From NCBI GenBank assembly GCA_965197905.1, contig CBDAOB010000005.1, positions 160,001 to 224,000 on the forward strand: a DNA stretch of 64,000 bases, in the 5' to 3' direction. Below, one piece after another: positions 39,103-48,878 of the stretch; within the stretch, counting starts at the first letter, position 1; every line of letters begins with the position of its first letter. Below the pieces are notes generated by a model. The model saw only the letters and a list, made by a program, of their open reading frames with translations. It had not been told where the DNA came from and did no database searches. A program made the translations under genes and the position numbers. This DNA comes from Candidatus Latescibacterota bacterium (GTDB lineage Bacteria > Latescibacterota > UBA2968 > UBA8231).

Positions 39103-42100
39103 ATGAGTAGACTACGTTTCTTCCCGTCGCCCTTCGGCATCCAGTTTACTCTATCCATGGTGGTCTGTCTTACCTCCGCTATTGCAGATCAAGCCGCCGT
39201 AAACTTTCCGGATCGCTGGACCACGTTCACCACTGACGACGGCCTCGTACGCGATGAAATAAAATCCTTGTTCGAGGACCGTGAGGGCCAACTCTGGGTC
39301 GGTACCAACGGATCGGGGGTCAGCCGTTTCGATGGCCACACCTGGACAGGTTTTGCGTCGGCACACGGGCTGGCTGACGACGACGTCGAGGTCGTTCTCC
39401 AGGATCGCGAAGGTTTCATCTGGTTCGGTACCAAGGGCGGGGCCAGCCGCTTCGATGGCCGGCACTGGGAGACCTTTACCTCCGCCGATGGACTTGCCGA
39501 CGACGAGATCGAATGCGGGTTTCTGGACGTGGACGGCAGCATCTGGTTCGGCACGAAGAAAGGTGCCAGCAGGTTTGACGGGAGTGACTGGAGCCGCTCT
39601 CCCGGAAGACATCTTGCCGGCATGGAAGTGGACGTGATACTGCGGGGCCCGAACGACGACCTGTGGTTCGGTACAGGCAGCAACGGGATTCATCGCTTCG
39701 ACGATGGGAAGTGGACAAACTACACCGCGTCGGACGAGCTAACCTCGAACCAGATCCTCGATGCCCTGCTAGACCAGTCGGGCGATTTGTGGTTTGCCAC
39801 CGACGGTGGTGGACTCAACAGATTCGATGGATTCGAATGGTCGAGTCACACCGCGGCCGACGGCATGCCAGGCAATGCCGTGGAGGTCATGATGCTGGAT
39901 CGATCCGGCAACATCTGGATCGGCACCGACGGCGAAGAGTGGACCTCGTTCGACATGACCGACGGTCTCGCCTCCAACATCGTGGAGGACCTGCTGGAAG
40001 ATCGCCATGGCTACATCTGGTTCGGCACCGACGGCGGCGGCCTGAGTCGTTTCGAAGATAAGGATTGGTTCTCCTACACCACCGCCAACGGTCTCGGATT
40101 CAACAAGGTCAAGGACCTGCTGCAGGACGATGACGGGACCATGTGGTTCGCCACCGACGGCGGCGGCGTGAGTCACCTGGGACGCGACGGGTGGGCGACT
40201 CTTACCACCGCCGACGGCCTCACGCACAACGAAGTCGAAATGCTCATGCGGGACAGCCGTGGCCACTTCTGGTTCGGCACCGAGGGAGGCGGCGCCAGCA
40301 GATTTGACGGGGAGACCTGGACGACCTACTCCGAGGAACAGGGACTGTCCCATGACGAGGTCGAGTGGATAATCGAGGACCGAGAAGGCAACATGTACTT
40401 CGCCACCGACGGCGGCGGCATCTGCCGTTTCGACGGCCACGAGTTTACCAACTTTACCACGTCGGACGGTCTTGCCCACAACGAAGTGAAAGCCATGATC
40501 CAGGATCGCCACGGCCTGTTCTGGATCGCTACCGAAAATGGTGTCAGTCGTTTCGACGGCGAGAAATTTCTCGAAAACTTTACTGTCGATGACGGTCTCC
40601 TGCGCCATCGCATCGAGATTGTCTTCGAAGACGAGGCCGGCGGCATCTGGTGCGGTTCTCAGGGCGGACTCATGCAGTTCGACGGTGAGCGCTGGACGAC
40701 CTTCACTACTGCTGACGGTCTGATCAGCAACGAGGTAAGGGGCATCTACCAGGATCGCGAAGGCCATCTTTGGTTCGGCACCACCCTCGGCGCAAGCCGG
40801 TTCGACGGAGATACTTGGACCAGTTACACAACCGCGGACGGTTTGGTGAACAGCGGGGTGCGCAAGACCTATCAGGACCGGGACGGTCGCTTCTGGTTTG
40901 CCACCCTCAACGGGGTGAGCCGCTTCACGCCGCGCCCTTCCCCGTCACCACCGATCTCCGTAGATGCCGTGATCGTGGACCGCCGCTACGAGGGTGTAAC
41001 CGATCTCGAGATCGCCGACGACCAGGGTCTGGTGACCTTCGAATTCAGTTCGAGAACCGCGATGCCTGCTGCCCGCACCATCGGGTATCGCTATCGCCTG
41101 GTGGGCCTTGACGAAGACTGGCGGGGCACCCCTTCCGGTCGTGCGGAGTATCCGGATTTACCCCGCGGGACTTACACCTTTGAGGTCATAGCCGTAGACC
41201 GCGACCTGGTGCAATCGGTCGCCCCGGCAACCGTCGGCCTGCTCGTGCGCTTCAACTACCTGTCGATATCCGCCTGGAGTCTGCTTGTAGCAGGGTTGAT
41301 CGCCTTCCTGGTTCAGACCATTCGGGTGTTTCACCGCGAACGCTCTCTGCGAACATTGAACGATGAGTTGGAGCGTTCCCACGCGGATCTGGAGCATCTT
41401 GTAGAGGAACGCACCGCTGAACTGAGGTCCGTGAATGAACGACTTGAGAGCGAAATGTCGAACCGCAAACGGATGGAGGATGGCATGCGCCAGGCCCAGA
41501 AGATGGACGCCATCGGCCAGCTCGCCGCGGGAGTCGCTCACAACTTCAACAACATGCTCCAGATTATCACCGGTAACATCGAACTGGCCGAAGAGATAAC
41601 GGACGAGCAACCCGGCGGGCCCGGGACGGTGGCCTCCTATCTGAGCGAGGCGCGGAGGGCCACCGAACGCGCGGCCGACGTGGTCCGCCAGCTCATGCTG
41701 GTTGCCCGCAGCGACGAAGATTCCGCCGATCATGTGGCGGTCGACCTGCGCCAGGTGGTGGTCAACACTATTGCCCTTTGCCGCCGTACGTTCGACCGAA
41801 AGATCGATCTGCAACATCACTGGTCCGAAGTGCTGCTCTCTATCAACGGGGATGAAGGGAAATTGGAGCAGGTGCTGCTGAACATGTGCCTGAATTCGCG
41901 CGATGCTTTTGGCGGGGTCGAACACAACGAGTGGCGCGTCGTTGTGGGGCTGGAGACTCTAATTCTCGCCCGTGATCAGTTGCCGGGATACCCGGACATC
42001 GAACCCGGCACCTACGGCTGCCTCCGCGTCGAGGATAACGGGATGGGAATGGACGAGGAAACGCGGGAGCGAATCTTCGAGCCGTTTTTCACTACCAAGG

Positions 42101-42633
42101 AGATTGGTCGTGGGACCGGATTGGGATTGTCGAACGCCTATGGCATCGTGCGGGAACACGGAGGCTGGATAGAATGCGAGAGCGACGTCGGGGTCGGCAC
42201 AGCGTTTTCAGTATATCTGCCGGCGGTTGCCCACCAGGGAGAACTGTCTCCCTCAACCGCCATTCATCCTTCGGTTGGCGGGGAGGAAAAAATCATGGTG
42301 GTCGACGACGAAATGGCGATTCGCACCATCGTGGCGCAGCACCTGGTCGAATTCGGCTACGACGTAAGTGAGGCGGAGGACGGGTTCCAGTGCCTGGCGC
42401 AACTACGGCAAAAGACGGTTGATCTGGTATTGCTCGACCTCTCCATGCCCGGATTGTGTGGAATTGACGTCCTGGCGATCTTGCGTTCAGACTACCCGGA
42501 GGTGCTGGTGATTCTTTTCACCGGCTATGCCGCGAAACTTCAGGACGGCGCCGGTGCCGACGATGTGGTGCAGAAACCTGTGAATATGCAGGAACTGGTC
42601 AGTAGAGTGCGTGCCGTGCTCGACGGCTCCTGA
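39103..42633 (+). CDS. Second Reg_prop hybrid histidine kinase (HisKA, HATPase, REC)
   Basis: Same propeller repeats; [49 protein letters not shown]. Confidence 0.92.
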   Translation: MSRLRFFPSPFGIQFTLSMVVCLTSAIADQAAVNFPDRWTTFTTDDGLVRDEIKSLFEDREGQLWVGTNGSGVSRFDGHTWTGFASAHGLADDDVEVVLQDREGFIWFGTKGGASRFDGRHWETFTSADGLADDEIECGFLDVDGSIWFGTKKGASRFDGSDWSRSPGRHLAGMEVDVILRGPNDDLWFGTGSNGIHRFDDGKWTNYTASDELTSNQILDALLDQSGDLWFATDGGGLNRFDGFEWSSHTAADGMPGNAVEVMMLDRSGNIWIGTDGEEWTSFDMTDGLASNIVEDLLEDRHGYIWFGTDGGGLSRFEDKDWFSYTTANGLGFNKVKDLLQDDDGTMWFATDGGGVSHLGRDGWATLTTADGLTHNEVEMLMRDSRGHFWFGTEGGGASRFDGETWTTYSEEQGLSHDEVEWIIEDREGNMYFATDGGGICRFDGHEFTNFTTSDGLAHNEVKAMIQDRHGLFWIATENGVSRFDGEKFLENFTVDDGLLRHRIEIVFEDEAGGIWCGSQGGLMQFDGERWTTFTTADGLISNEVRGIYQDREGHLWFGTTLGASRFDGDTWTSYTTADGLVNSGVRKTYQDRDGRFWFATLNGVSRFTPRPSPSPPISVDAVIVDRRYEGVTDLEIADDQGLVTFEFSSRTAMPAARTIGYRYRLVGLDEDWRGTPSGRAEYPDLPRGTYTFEVIAVDRDLVQSVAPATVGLLVRFNYLSISAWSLLVAGLIAFLVQTIRVFHRERSLRTLNDELERSHADLEHLVEERTAELRSVNERLESEMSNRKRMEDGMRQAQKMDAIGQLAAGVAHNFNNMLQIITGNIELAEEITDEQPGGPGTVASYLSEARRATERAADVVRQLMLVARSDEDSADHVAVDLRQVVVNTIALCRRTFDRKIDLQHHWSEVLLSINGDEGKLEQVLLNMCLNSRDAFGGVEHNEWRVVVGLETLILARDQLPGYPDIEPGTYGCLRVEDNGMGMDEETRERIFEPFFTTKEIGRGTGLGLSNAYGIVREHGGWIECESDVGVGTAFSVYLPAVAHQGELSPSTAIHPSVGGEEKIMVVDDEMAIRTIVAQHLVEFGYDVSEAEDGFQCLAQLRQKTVDLVLLDLSMPGLCGIDVLAILRSDYPEVLVILFTGYAAKLQDGAGADDVVQKPVNMQELVSRVRAVLDGS

Positions 42634-42699
42634 CGGGTCGCCACTTATTTTAGCCCCACATTCGGCGAACACCTCCATCTGCACGACTGAACGCTCCCG

Positions 42700-43181
42700 T
42701 CTTAAGGTCCACCAGCCTCGGCGCGGTCTCCGCCAGGGCTTCGAGGTCGTAGGTGCGCCATAGGTATCCGCTGGCGTAGGTCGGCACGCGCCGCCGATAG
42801 CCACCCAGCAGCTTCCACACCGGCTGTCCCAATGCCTTACCCTTGATGTCCCAGAGCGCAACGTCGATCGCAGACACCGAGCGTGTCACCAGTCCGGCGG
42901 GCGCGCCTCCACCCCCGGCGGCGAGAAGTCGCTGCTGGATGGACTCGACCATCATCGGGTCCCTCGCCAACGGTCAGTCCCGCAAGAGCGTCAACGGTCT
43001 CCTTCAGAGCCTTGACGACCATGTTGCTGGCGAATCCGGCGTACCCGATCCCTTCAATCCCATCGTCTGTGTGCATCTTAAGGGTGACAAACGTCGCGAC
43101 GTTGTCGCCCGGCCTGCCACCCAACGACCCTTCGGCTCTGGGAACGCTGACAACCCTGGTATCAAATCCCGCAATTTTCAT
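42700..43181 (-). pseudogene. Mandelate racemase/muconate lactonizing enzyme remnant
   Basis: MHTDDGIEGIGY, frameshift near 42962, SAIDVALWDIKGKALGQPVWKLLGG..RVPTYAS; catalytic barrel missing. Confidence 0.8.
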
Positions 43182-43325
43182 TGTCGCTCCTCGTGCGCAC
43201 TGTTGGAGTGCCCCAGCACTGGCGAGGTCAGACCCAGTGCCTCTGCTGCCTGGACCCAAACGAATATCTGCCCCGCTAACCGCCTGGATTGTCGAGCTTT
43301 CCCGGAGGGCTGCTGATTTTTTTCC

Positions 43326-43504
43326 TCATCCAAACGCCCTGCTCGTCAGGAACTTCCGCCGCTCTTTCTCCGGCATCTTCAGGAACTCCTGCAACACAAT
43401 CCGCATTACCCGGGAGCGGCTGTACTGTCCCACAGTCAGCTGATCTGTGCCCCCACCTCTTCTTGGGTCAAGCGCACCGTGACCATTATCTCTTTGTTGT
43501 CCAT
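43326..43504 (-). pseudogene. Ribbon-helix-helix (CopG-like) protein, frameshifted
   Basis: AGGAG RBS; MDNKEIMVTVRLTQEEV, then shifted frame DQLTVGQYSRSRVMRIVLQEFL; span 179 nt. Confidence 0.55.
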
Positions 43505-43600
43505 AGAATAGCTCCTTGATTCGGCTCGACCCAGGGAATTTGTGGAGCCGAAGGCGGGCGTTCTTAAAGGGTGTCTACACAGGCCCTCCTAAGTGCTTGA

Positions 43601-43699
43601 TTCCGTTACTTGATTCACTCCTGCGGCAAAGTACTCTTCGATCCTGCCGACCTTGAAGAACTCAAACGCGCACACAAATCCGTCCGCAACGCGCAATGA
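43601..43699 (+). pseudogene. Possible excisionase/HTH_17 C-terminal remnant
   Basis: GKVLFDPADLEEL motif; no start codon. Confidence 0.3.
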
Positions 43700-43743
43700 A
43701 AGACGACGATTGGGGCCTTTATCAATTCTTCGGTACACCAACC

Positions 43744-43779
43744 AAAAATAGGCGCCTACCTTGCACGGAGTAAGCGCCT
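43744..43779 (-). terminator. Terminator downstream of tRNA-Phe
   Basis: AGGCGCTTAC...GTAGGCGCCT then ATTTTT on the minus strand. Confidence 0.6.
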
Positions 43780-43807
43780 GTATATATTCAAGTAACGAAA
43801 ATTAAAA

Positions 43808-43883
43808 TGGTGGCTCCTCGCGGAATCGAACCGCGGACACAGGGATTTTCAGTCCCCTGCTCTACCTACTGAGCTAAAGAGCC
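43808..43883 (-). tRNA. tRNA-Phe (GAA)
   Basis: GGCTCTTTAGCTCAGTAGGTAGAGCAGGGGACTGAAAATCCCTGTGTCCGCGGTTCGATTCCGCGAGGAGCCACCA; 76 nt, CCA encoded. Confidence 0.97.
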
Positions 43884-43898
43884 ACCATCGAATTTCTA

Positions 43899-43927
43899 AT
43901 TTTATAGACCCCCCTTACCAAAGTCAA
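43899..43927 (-). promoter_or_regulatory. Sigma70 promoter of tRNA-Phe
   Basis: TTGACT-N17-TAAAAT. Confidence 0.75.
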
Positions 43928-43937
43928 GCGAGTTACA

Positions 43938-44513
43938 ATGGCCGTTTCTATCATACCGTTCAAGATGCCCGAACCGATGGAGATTCCCGAACACATCGTC
44001 TCCATGCTGCGCGAATTGCCCAAGCATGACGCCGTCTCCAAGGCGATGGAACTGCTCATCGAGATCGACGCCGCGCACACCGCGATCTACGAAGCGGTGG
44101 ACGACGACGGCAATCTCCACCTCAAGGAAATCCTGTCCACGGAAAGCGCTAGCGCCAGCACGTTGAAGCAACAATTGGAGTCGGGAGACATCTACGGAAA
44201 ACGCTTGACGCAGATGGAGGCGGACTCGCTGGCCGCCCAGGCGTTCGCGCAGGAGTCTTCTCTGTTGGTAATGGGGCAGATTGACGGGGGTACACAGAGC
44301 GCCCTGCCAGCGGATCTGCAGAAACATCTACTGGCAGGGGCAGATTCGGGAAACGTTGGGTATATCTACGTACTGCTGTTCAGTGGCGCGAACAATCGCC
44401 CACTGGGGGCAATCACCTTGATTCGCCCGTTTGCGGAGGGGCCGCTCAATCACGAGCAACCCAACGTAACGGAACGGGTCCGTCAGGAACTCTGTTCTAT
44501 TCTTGATTCCTGA
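43938..44513 (+). CDS. Hypothetical protein, possibly a stand-alone GAF-like domain
   Basis: SLAAQAF..SSLLV and RPLGAITLIR pattern. Confidence 0.6.
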   Translation: MAVSIIPFKMPEPMEIPEHIVSMLRELPKHDAVSKAMELLIEIDAAHTAIYEAVDDDGNLHLKEILSTESASASTLKQQLESGDIYGKRLTQMEADSLAAQAFAQESSLLVMGQIDGGTQSALPADLQKHLLAGADSGNVGYIYVLLFSGANNRPLGAITLIRPFAEGPLNHEQPNVTERVRQELCSILDS

Positions 44514-44516
44514 GGT

Positions 44517-44786
44517 TTACGCGGTGGCCGACTCGACGACGCCGTTTTCCAGCAGCCAGGACTCAACCTCGTTGCCATCTACATCGGCCAGCATTTGACC
44601 GTTGACCTCAACGCATGGCGACAAGGGCTGGCCGCTCTTCTGCACCATCTCGGCATAATTCTCGGGCACGTTGATGATGTCCTTGTCCTCGTATTGCAGG
44701 CCGTATTTGCCCAGCGCCTCACGAACGCTGTTGCTCCAACCGCACACGGGTTTCAGGTAAGCTACGATGGTCGGTGCGTCTGCCAT
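44517..44786 (-). CDS. Monothiol glutaredoxin-like protein
   Basis: YLKPVCGWS, KSGQPLSPCVEVNG. Confidence 0.85.
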   Translation of the reverse strand: MADAPTIVAYLKPVCGWSNSVREALGKYGLQYEDKDIINVPENYAEMVQKSGQPLSPCVEVNGQMLADVDGNEVESWLLENGVVESATA

Positions 44787-44833
44787 GACATCTCCTTCAC
44801 GGTAACGTAGGCGTTAGATATTCACTGCCGGCG

Positions 44834-44861
44834 AATATAGAGAAGAGCCGGTATCTGTCAA
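44834..44861 (-). promoter_or_regulatory. Sigma70 promoter for glutaredoxin
   Basis: TTGACA-N16-TATATT. Confidence 0.6.
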
Positions 44862-44889
44862 GTCTTCAACCTCTTACACGCTTTTTCGT

Positions 44890-44918
44890 TTGACGATTGA
44901 GGGACCCACTAGTACATT
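44890..44918 (+). promoter_or_regulatory. Sigma70 promoter for murA
   Basis: TTGACG-N17-TACATT. Confidence 0.6.
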
Positions 44919-44995
44919 CAACTGGCCCCGGATACCAGCACAACCCACGTCTTACCCGCAACACCCCTTTTCCGTATTGCAAATCAGGATACTAC

Positions 44996-46267
44996 ATGTC
45001 ATCTGAGGAAATGCTGCACATCGATGGTGGCACCCGTCTGCGCGGCGAAGTCACGGTTCAAGGATCCAAGAACGCCGTTCTGCCGATGCTTGCGGCTTCG
45101 CTGCTGGCTGAAACGGGAGAGACGGTACTGCATCGTGTGCCGCCCGTAAAAGATGTGCTGGTGGGCATTGAGATGTTGCGGCGGTTGGGTGCCAAGGTGC
45201 AATACACCCCGGAAGAAGGGGTCGTTGTAATCGATGCCACTACTGTGACTCGTACCGATCTGCCGGACGAACTGAGCAACCGGTTCCGCGCCTCGATCCT
45301 ATTTGTCGGTCCCTTGTTGAGTCGGTTTCGCGAGGCGGCCATCAAGGAAGTAGGTGGATGCAGCATCGGTCACCGGCCTTGGGATTACCACGAACGCGGT
45401 TTCGCTCGTTTGGGGGCCAAGGTGTGTGGCACGCCGGGAGGCGGTTTCTCGATCAGCGCCGAGGCGCTGAAGGGATCGTTTATGTACTGCGATGTACCCA
45501 GTCACACCGGGGTCGAGAACATGATCATGGCGGCTAGCATGGCACGGGGAGAATCACTGATTGAAAACGCCGCTTCGGATCCGGAGATCGTCGATTTCGT
45601 CGAGCTGCTTACCAAGATGGGAGCTAAGGTGGAAGGCGCCGGATCCCGCACCGTACGGATAACAGGAGTCAAGAAGCTGCGCGGCGCCGAGCACACGGTG
45701 ATGCACGATCGGCTCGATGCGGGCATGTTGATGATGGCAAGCGCCATCACCGCTGGCGATGTTCGTCTTCGCGGTGTTGGCTGTACCCACCTGCGGGTAT
45801 TCGAAGCCAAGCTCCATCAGATGGGGGTCACCACCAAGGAGAACTGTGAGTCCACCCGAATTCGCGCGCCCAAGAAGCTTTCGCCGATCAATGTAGTGAC
45901 GACCTACTATCCCGGGTTCCCGACCGATCTGCAGCCCGGCATCATGGCATTGGCCTGCGTGGCCGACGGGGACAGCTTCATCCGCGAGACGGTGTTCGAG
46001 GACCGGCTGGGACATGTGAAGAGCTTGCGTGCTTTCGGTGCTCGCCTCTCCCCGGAAAAGGACCGCCTGGTCATCGTGCACGGTCCGGCGAAACTCACGG
46101 GAACGCGGGTCAAGGCGCTGGATATTCGCGCCGGTGTCGCCTGCGTCCTGGCTGGTCTAGGGGCGGAGGGCACCACGAGTATCCACAACCTCTATCAGCT
46201 CGATCGGGGCCACGCTTTTCTGGAAGAGCGTCTCGGCGCTCTCGGTGCCAAGATGCAGCGTTTGTAG
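44996..46267 (+). CDS. murA: UDP-N-acetylglucosamine 1-carboxyvinyltransferase
   Basis: GSKNAVLP, RASIL..GPLL, GGCSIGHRP (Cys retained), YPGFPTDLQ, DIRAG. Confidence 0.95.
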   Translation: MSSEEMLHIDGGTRLRGEVTVQGSKNAVLPMLAASLLAETGETVLHRVPPVKDVLVGIEMLRRLGAKVQYTPEEGVVVIDATTVTRTDLPDELSNRFRASILFVGPLLSRFREAAIKEVGGCSIGHRPWDYHERGFARLGAKVCGTPGGGFSISAEALKGSFMYCDVPSHTGVENMIMAASMARGESLIENAASDPEIVDFVELLTKMGAKVEGAGSRTVRITGVKKLRGAEHTVMHDRLDAGMLMMASAITAGDVRLRGVGCTHLRVFEAKLHQMGVTTKENCESTRIRAPKKLSPINVVTTYYPGFPTDLQPGIMALACVADGDSFIRETVFEDRLGHVKSLRAFGARLSPEKDRLVIVHGPAKLTGTRVKALDIRAGVACVLAGLGAEGTTSIHNLYQLDRGHAFLEERLGALGAKMQRL

Positions 46268-46374
46268 GTCGCACCCGGACCGCTCGAAACTCCGAGTCTA
46301 CATACACTTACGCACATAACGTCGCATTCTGGATTCTTGACTGCTCCGTCTCGCGAGAGCATTTTCAGAATCCC

Positions 46375-46710
46375 ATGACTGCCCCTACCCTCGCTGATTA
46401 CCAGAAGGACGTCGACGATTGGATTCACACGGTCGGCGTGCGCTATTTCTCCGAGCTGACCAACATGGCGGTGCTCACCGAGGAGGTGGGCGAGTTGGCG
46501 CGTTTGATGGCCCGGCAATTCGGGGACCAGAGCTTCAAGGCAGGCGAGGAAGAGTCGGATCTGGGCATGGAGATGGCAGATGTTCTGTTTGTGATTATCT
46601 GCCTCGCCAATCAGACGGGGGTCGATCTCGAGGACGCCTTCGCTCGCGCCATGGAGAAGAAGACCCGTCGCGATCGCACCCGCCACGCCAATAATCCCAA
46701 ACTCAAATAG
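46375..46710 (+). CDS. MazG-like nucleotide pyrophosphohydrolase
   Basis: YFSELTNMAVLTEEVGELAR, EMADVLFVIICLANQTG. Confidence 0.9.
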   Translation: MTAPTLADYQKDVDDWIHTVGVRYFSELTNMAVLTEEVGELARLMARQFGDQSFKAGEEESDLGMEMADVLFVIICLANQTGVDLEDAFARAMEKKTRRDRTRHANNPKLK

Positions 46711-46712
46711 AG

Positions 46713-48071
46713 ATGCTGCGTCGACCAAAGTTGCGCTTGTGGGGCCTGATTCTGGTATTCGCCGCCGGTGGCGGATGCGGCGTCGGTGGTCCTCCCGCGG
46801 CAGAAAGCTTCCAGGCGCGGAGTGTTGCCCAGGGACCGCTGACGATCGGGGTCTGGCTGCCGGCCGGTCTCGACGAGTTCCGCTTCGACGCGGCCGATCA
46901 GGATCGCCTGCTGGCGCTGGGCATCAACCAGGTGGAGTGGTTACAAAGAGCTTCGGTTGGCGGATCGACGGCGGAAGAGCTGGCGATGGAGTTCTGCACG
47001 CGGAACGGTCTTTCCATGCCGGTCTACTACGAACCCAAAGGGTTCTCACCGTACGAGAAGCTGCGCAACTGGACCACCCGGGCGAAGGTGGGAGCCAGCT
47101 TCCAGAGCGACGTGCGCGCCCGGGTGCGCGCCCTGAAAGAGCAGTGGGGTGATGAATCCGGGTTTTCCGGCTACCTCGTCGGGCATGAGGATTACCGCGA
47201 AGCGTATTATCCGGCACTGAGCCAGACAGTGGACGTGCTGCGCCAGGAGGATCCCGGTCGGCCGGCATTCACCGTGGGCCGGCTCGAGAGTTTTCCTTCA
47301 AAGAGCCGATTCCTGAACGCTTTTTTTTCTGAGGCCGGCCCCACCAATCTGTTTCAGCAGGAACAGTACATATTCCGCGGCAACATGCCTCAGACCGGGA
47401 AGAAGCTGCGGCAGAAGCTCCGCGAGCTGGTGAAAGAATACAACAGTGTCGCCCGCAACCTGAAGGGTCGCAACGCGCGATGGCATGCCATTCTTCAAGC
47501 ACACGCGGAGGAGCGGGAACAGGAGGGTGGCTCGGAACAGTACTATCGCAAGCCGACCGGCCCGGAGCTGGCGGTGCAGGCGGGCGCGGCGCTGGCGCGG
47601 GGGGCCTCCGGTATCATCTACTTCCTTTATAGTTCGGGGATCGAGAAGGTGCGAGACGGTTCTGGAGAGGTTGTCCAAACCCGCCACTACGAGGGACTCG
47701 TGGATCGAAGCGGGGAACCCACTCCCGCCTACGAAGCGGCGCGGGAATTGAACGTTCGGCTGGACCAGATCGGACGGGAGCTAGCCCCGCTCTATTTCCG
47801 CGGCGGGTATTCGGCGCGGGCGCTGCCGAAAGAGGACCTGGTAGCGGCGCTGGACGAGGAGGACATCGAGCTTGGATTTTTTGGCGACAGCACGGGCACG
47901 ACCCACCTGCTGCTGGTGAATATGCGAACGTCTGAAGAGCGAGAGGTGTCACTGAAACTGAACACCCTGCGTCTGCGCGACCACGCCGGAGGCAATGAGA
48001 TGGTCTCGCAGGACGGCTGGTTCAGCCTGCGACTGGAGCCGGCGGATATCCGGCTCCTGGAGGTCGACTGA
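46713..48071 (+). CDS. Lipoprotein, glycoside hydrolase-like TIM barrel
   Basis: Lipobox-like GGC; GYLVGHE; ALARGASGIIYFLY. Confidence 0.6.
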   Translation: MLRRPKLRLWGLILVFAAGGGCGVGGPPAAESFQARSVAQGPLTIGVWLPAGLDEFRFDAADQDRLLALGINQVEWLQRASVGGSTAEELAMEFCTRNGLSMPVYYEPKGFSPYEKLRNWTTRAKVGASFQSDVRARVRALKEQWGDESGFSGYLVGHEDYREAYYPALSQTVDVLRQEDPGRPAFTVGRLESFPSKSRFLNAFFSEAGPTNLFQQEQYIFRGNMPQTGKKLRQKLRELVKEYNSVARNLKGRNARWHAILQAHAEEREQEGGSEQYYRKPTGPELAVQAGAALARGASGIIYFLYSSGIEKVRDGSGEVVQTRHYEGLVDRSGEPTPAYEAARELNVRLDQIGRELAPLYFRGGYSARALPKEDLVAALDEEDIELGFFGDSTGTTHLLLVNMRTSEEREVSLKLNTLRLRDHAGGNEMVSQDGWFSLRLEPADIRLLEVD

Positions 48072-48146
48072 CGATCTCCGGTCGCGGAACTCGACTGAGG
48101 TCTACACAGCCGAAAATGCGGCGACGCGAGCATCAAAGGAGAACAC

Positions 48147-48878
48147 ATGGGCAAGCTAGATGACAAGGTAGCGTTGGTAACCGGAGGCAATCGGGGCATC
48201 GGCAAAGCAATCGCCGCGGGACTGGCGAAGGAGGGGGCCAAAGTGGCGATCGCCGCGCGCGATCAAATGCTGTTGAAGAAGGCGGCGGTAGAGCTGTCTC
48301 GCGATGGAAACCAGGTTCTGGGGGTTCCCGCGGATATCTCCGACGAGGAGCAGGTCAAGGCGCTCTATGCCCAGATCCTGGAATGTTTCGGCACCGTCGA
48401 CATCCTCATCAACAATGCCGGCGCCTTCGATGGCGGTCCGGTGGAAGAGGTGTCGCTGGAGGAGTGGAATCGGGTTATCGGTGCCTGTCTGACGGGTCCG
48501 TTCCTTTGCACCCGCGAGGCGTTTCGCATCATGAAACCGAAGGGGGGTGGCCGCATAATCAACATCGGCAGTATTTCCGCGCAGCGAACACGAGACCAGA
48601 GCTCGCCCTACACCAGCGCCAAGCACGGGGTGTGGGGTCTGACCCAGGCCACAGCTCTGGAAGGCCGGGCTCACGGTATCGTCGTAAGCGCCCTGCACCC
48701 GGGCAATACGCTGGTGGAACGCCGCATGAACAGCGATAAGGCCAGCGACACCGAGCCGATGATGACGGCCCAGGAGCTGGCCGAGGTCGCCGTCCAGATG
48801 GCCTCGATGCCGCCGCACATCAATTTCCTCGAGGCGATCGTGTTGCCCACCACGCAGGATTACATCGGCCGAGGTTGA
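48147..48878 (+). CDS. SDR family oxidoreductase
   Basis: TGGNRGIG, NNAG, YTSAK. Confidence 0.92.
   Translation: MGKLDDKVALVTGGNRGIGKAIAAGLAKEGAKVAIAARDQMLLKKAAVELSRDGNQVLGVPADISDEEQVKALYAQILECFGTVDILINNAGAFDGGPVEEVSLEEWNRVIGACLTGPFLCTREAFRIMKPKGGGRIINIGSISAQRTRDQSSPYTSAKHGVWGLTQATALEGRAHGIVVSALHPGNTLVERRMNSDKASDTEPMMTAQELAEVAVQMASMPPHINFLEAIVLPTTQDYIGRG

Noticed and set aside
44517..44786. Selenoprotein glutaredoxin, or Sec read-through elsewhere in the window
   Set aside because: The active site is encoded as Cys (CGWS); no in-frame TGA with continuing homology was noticed
44996..46267. Fosfomycin-resistant MurA variant
   Set aside because: The target Cys is retained in GGCSIGHRP
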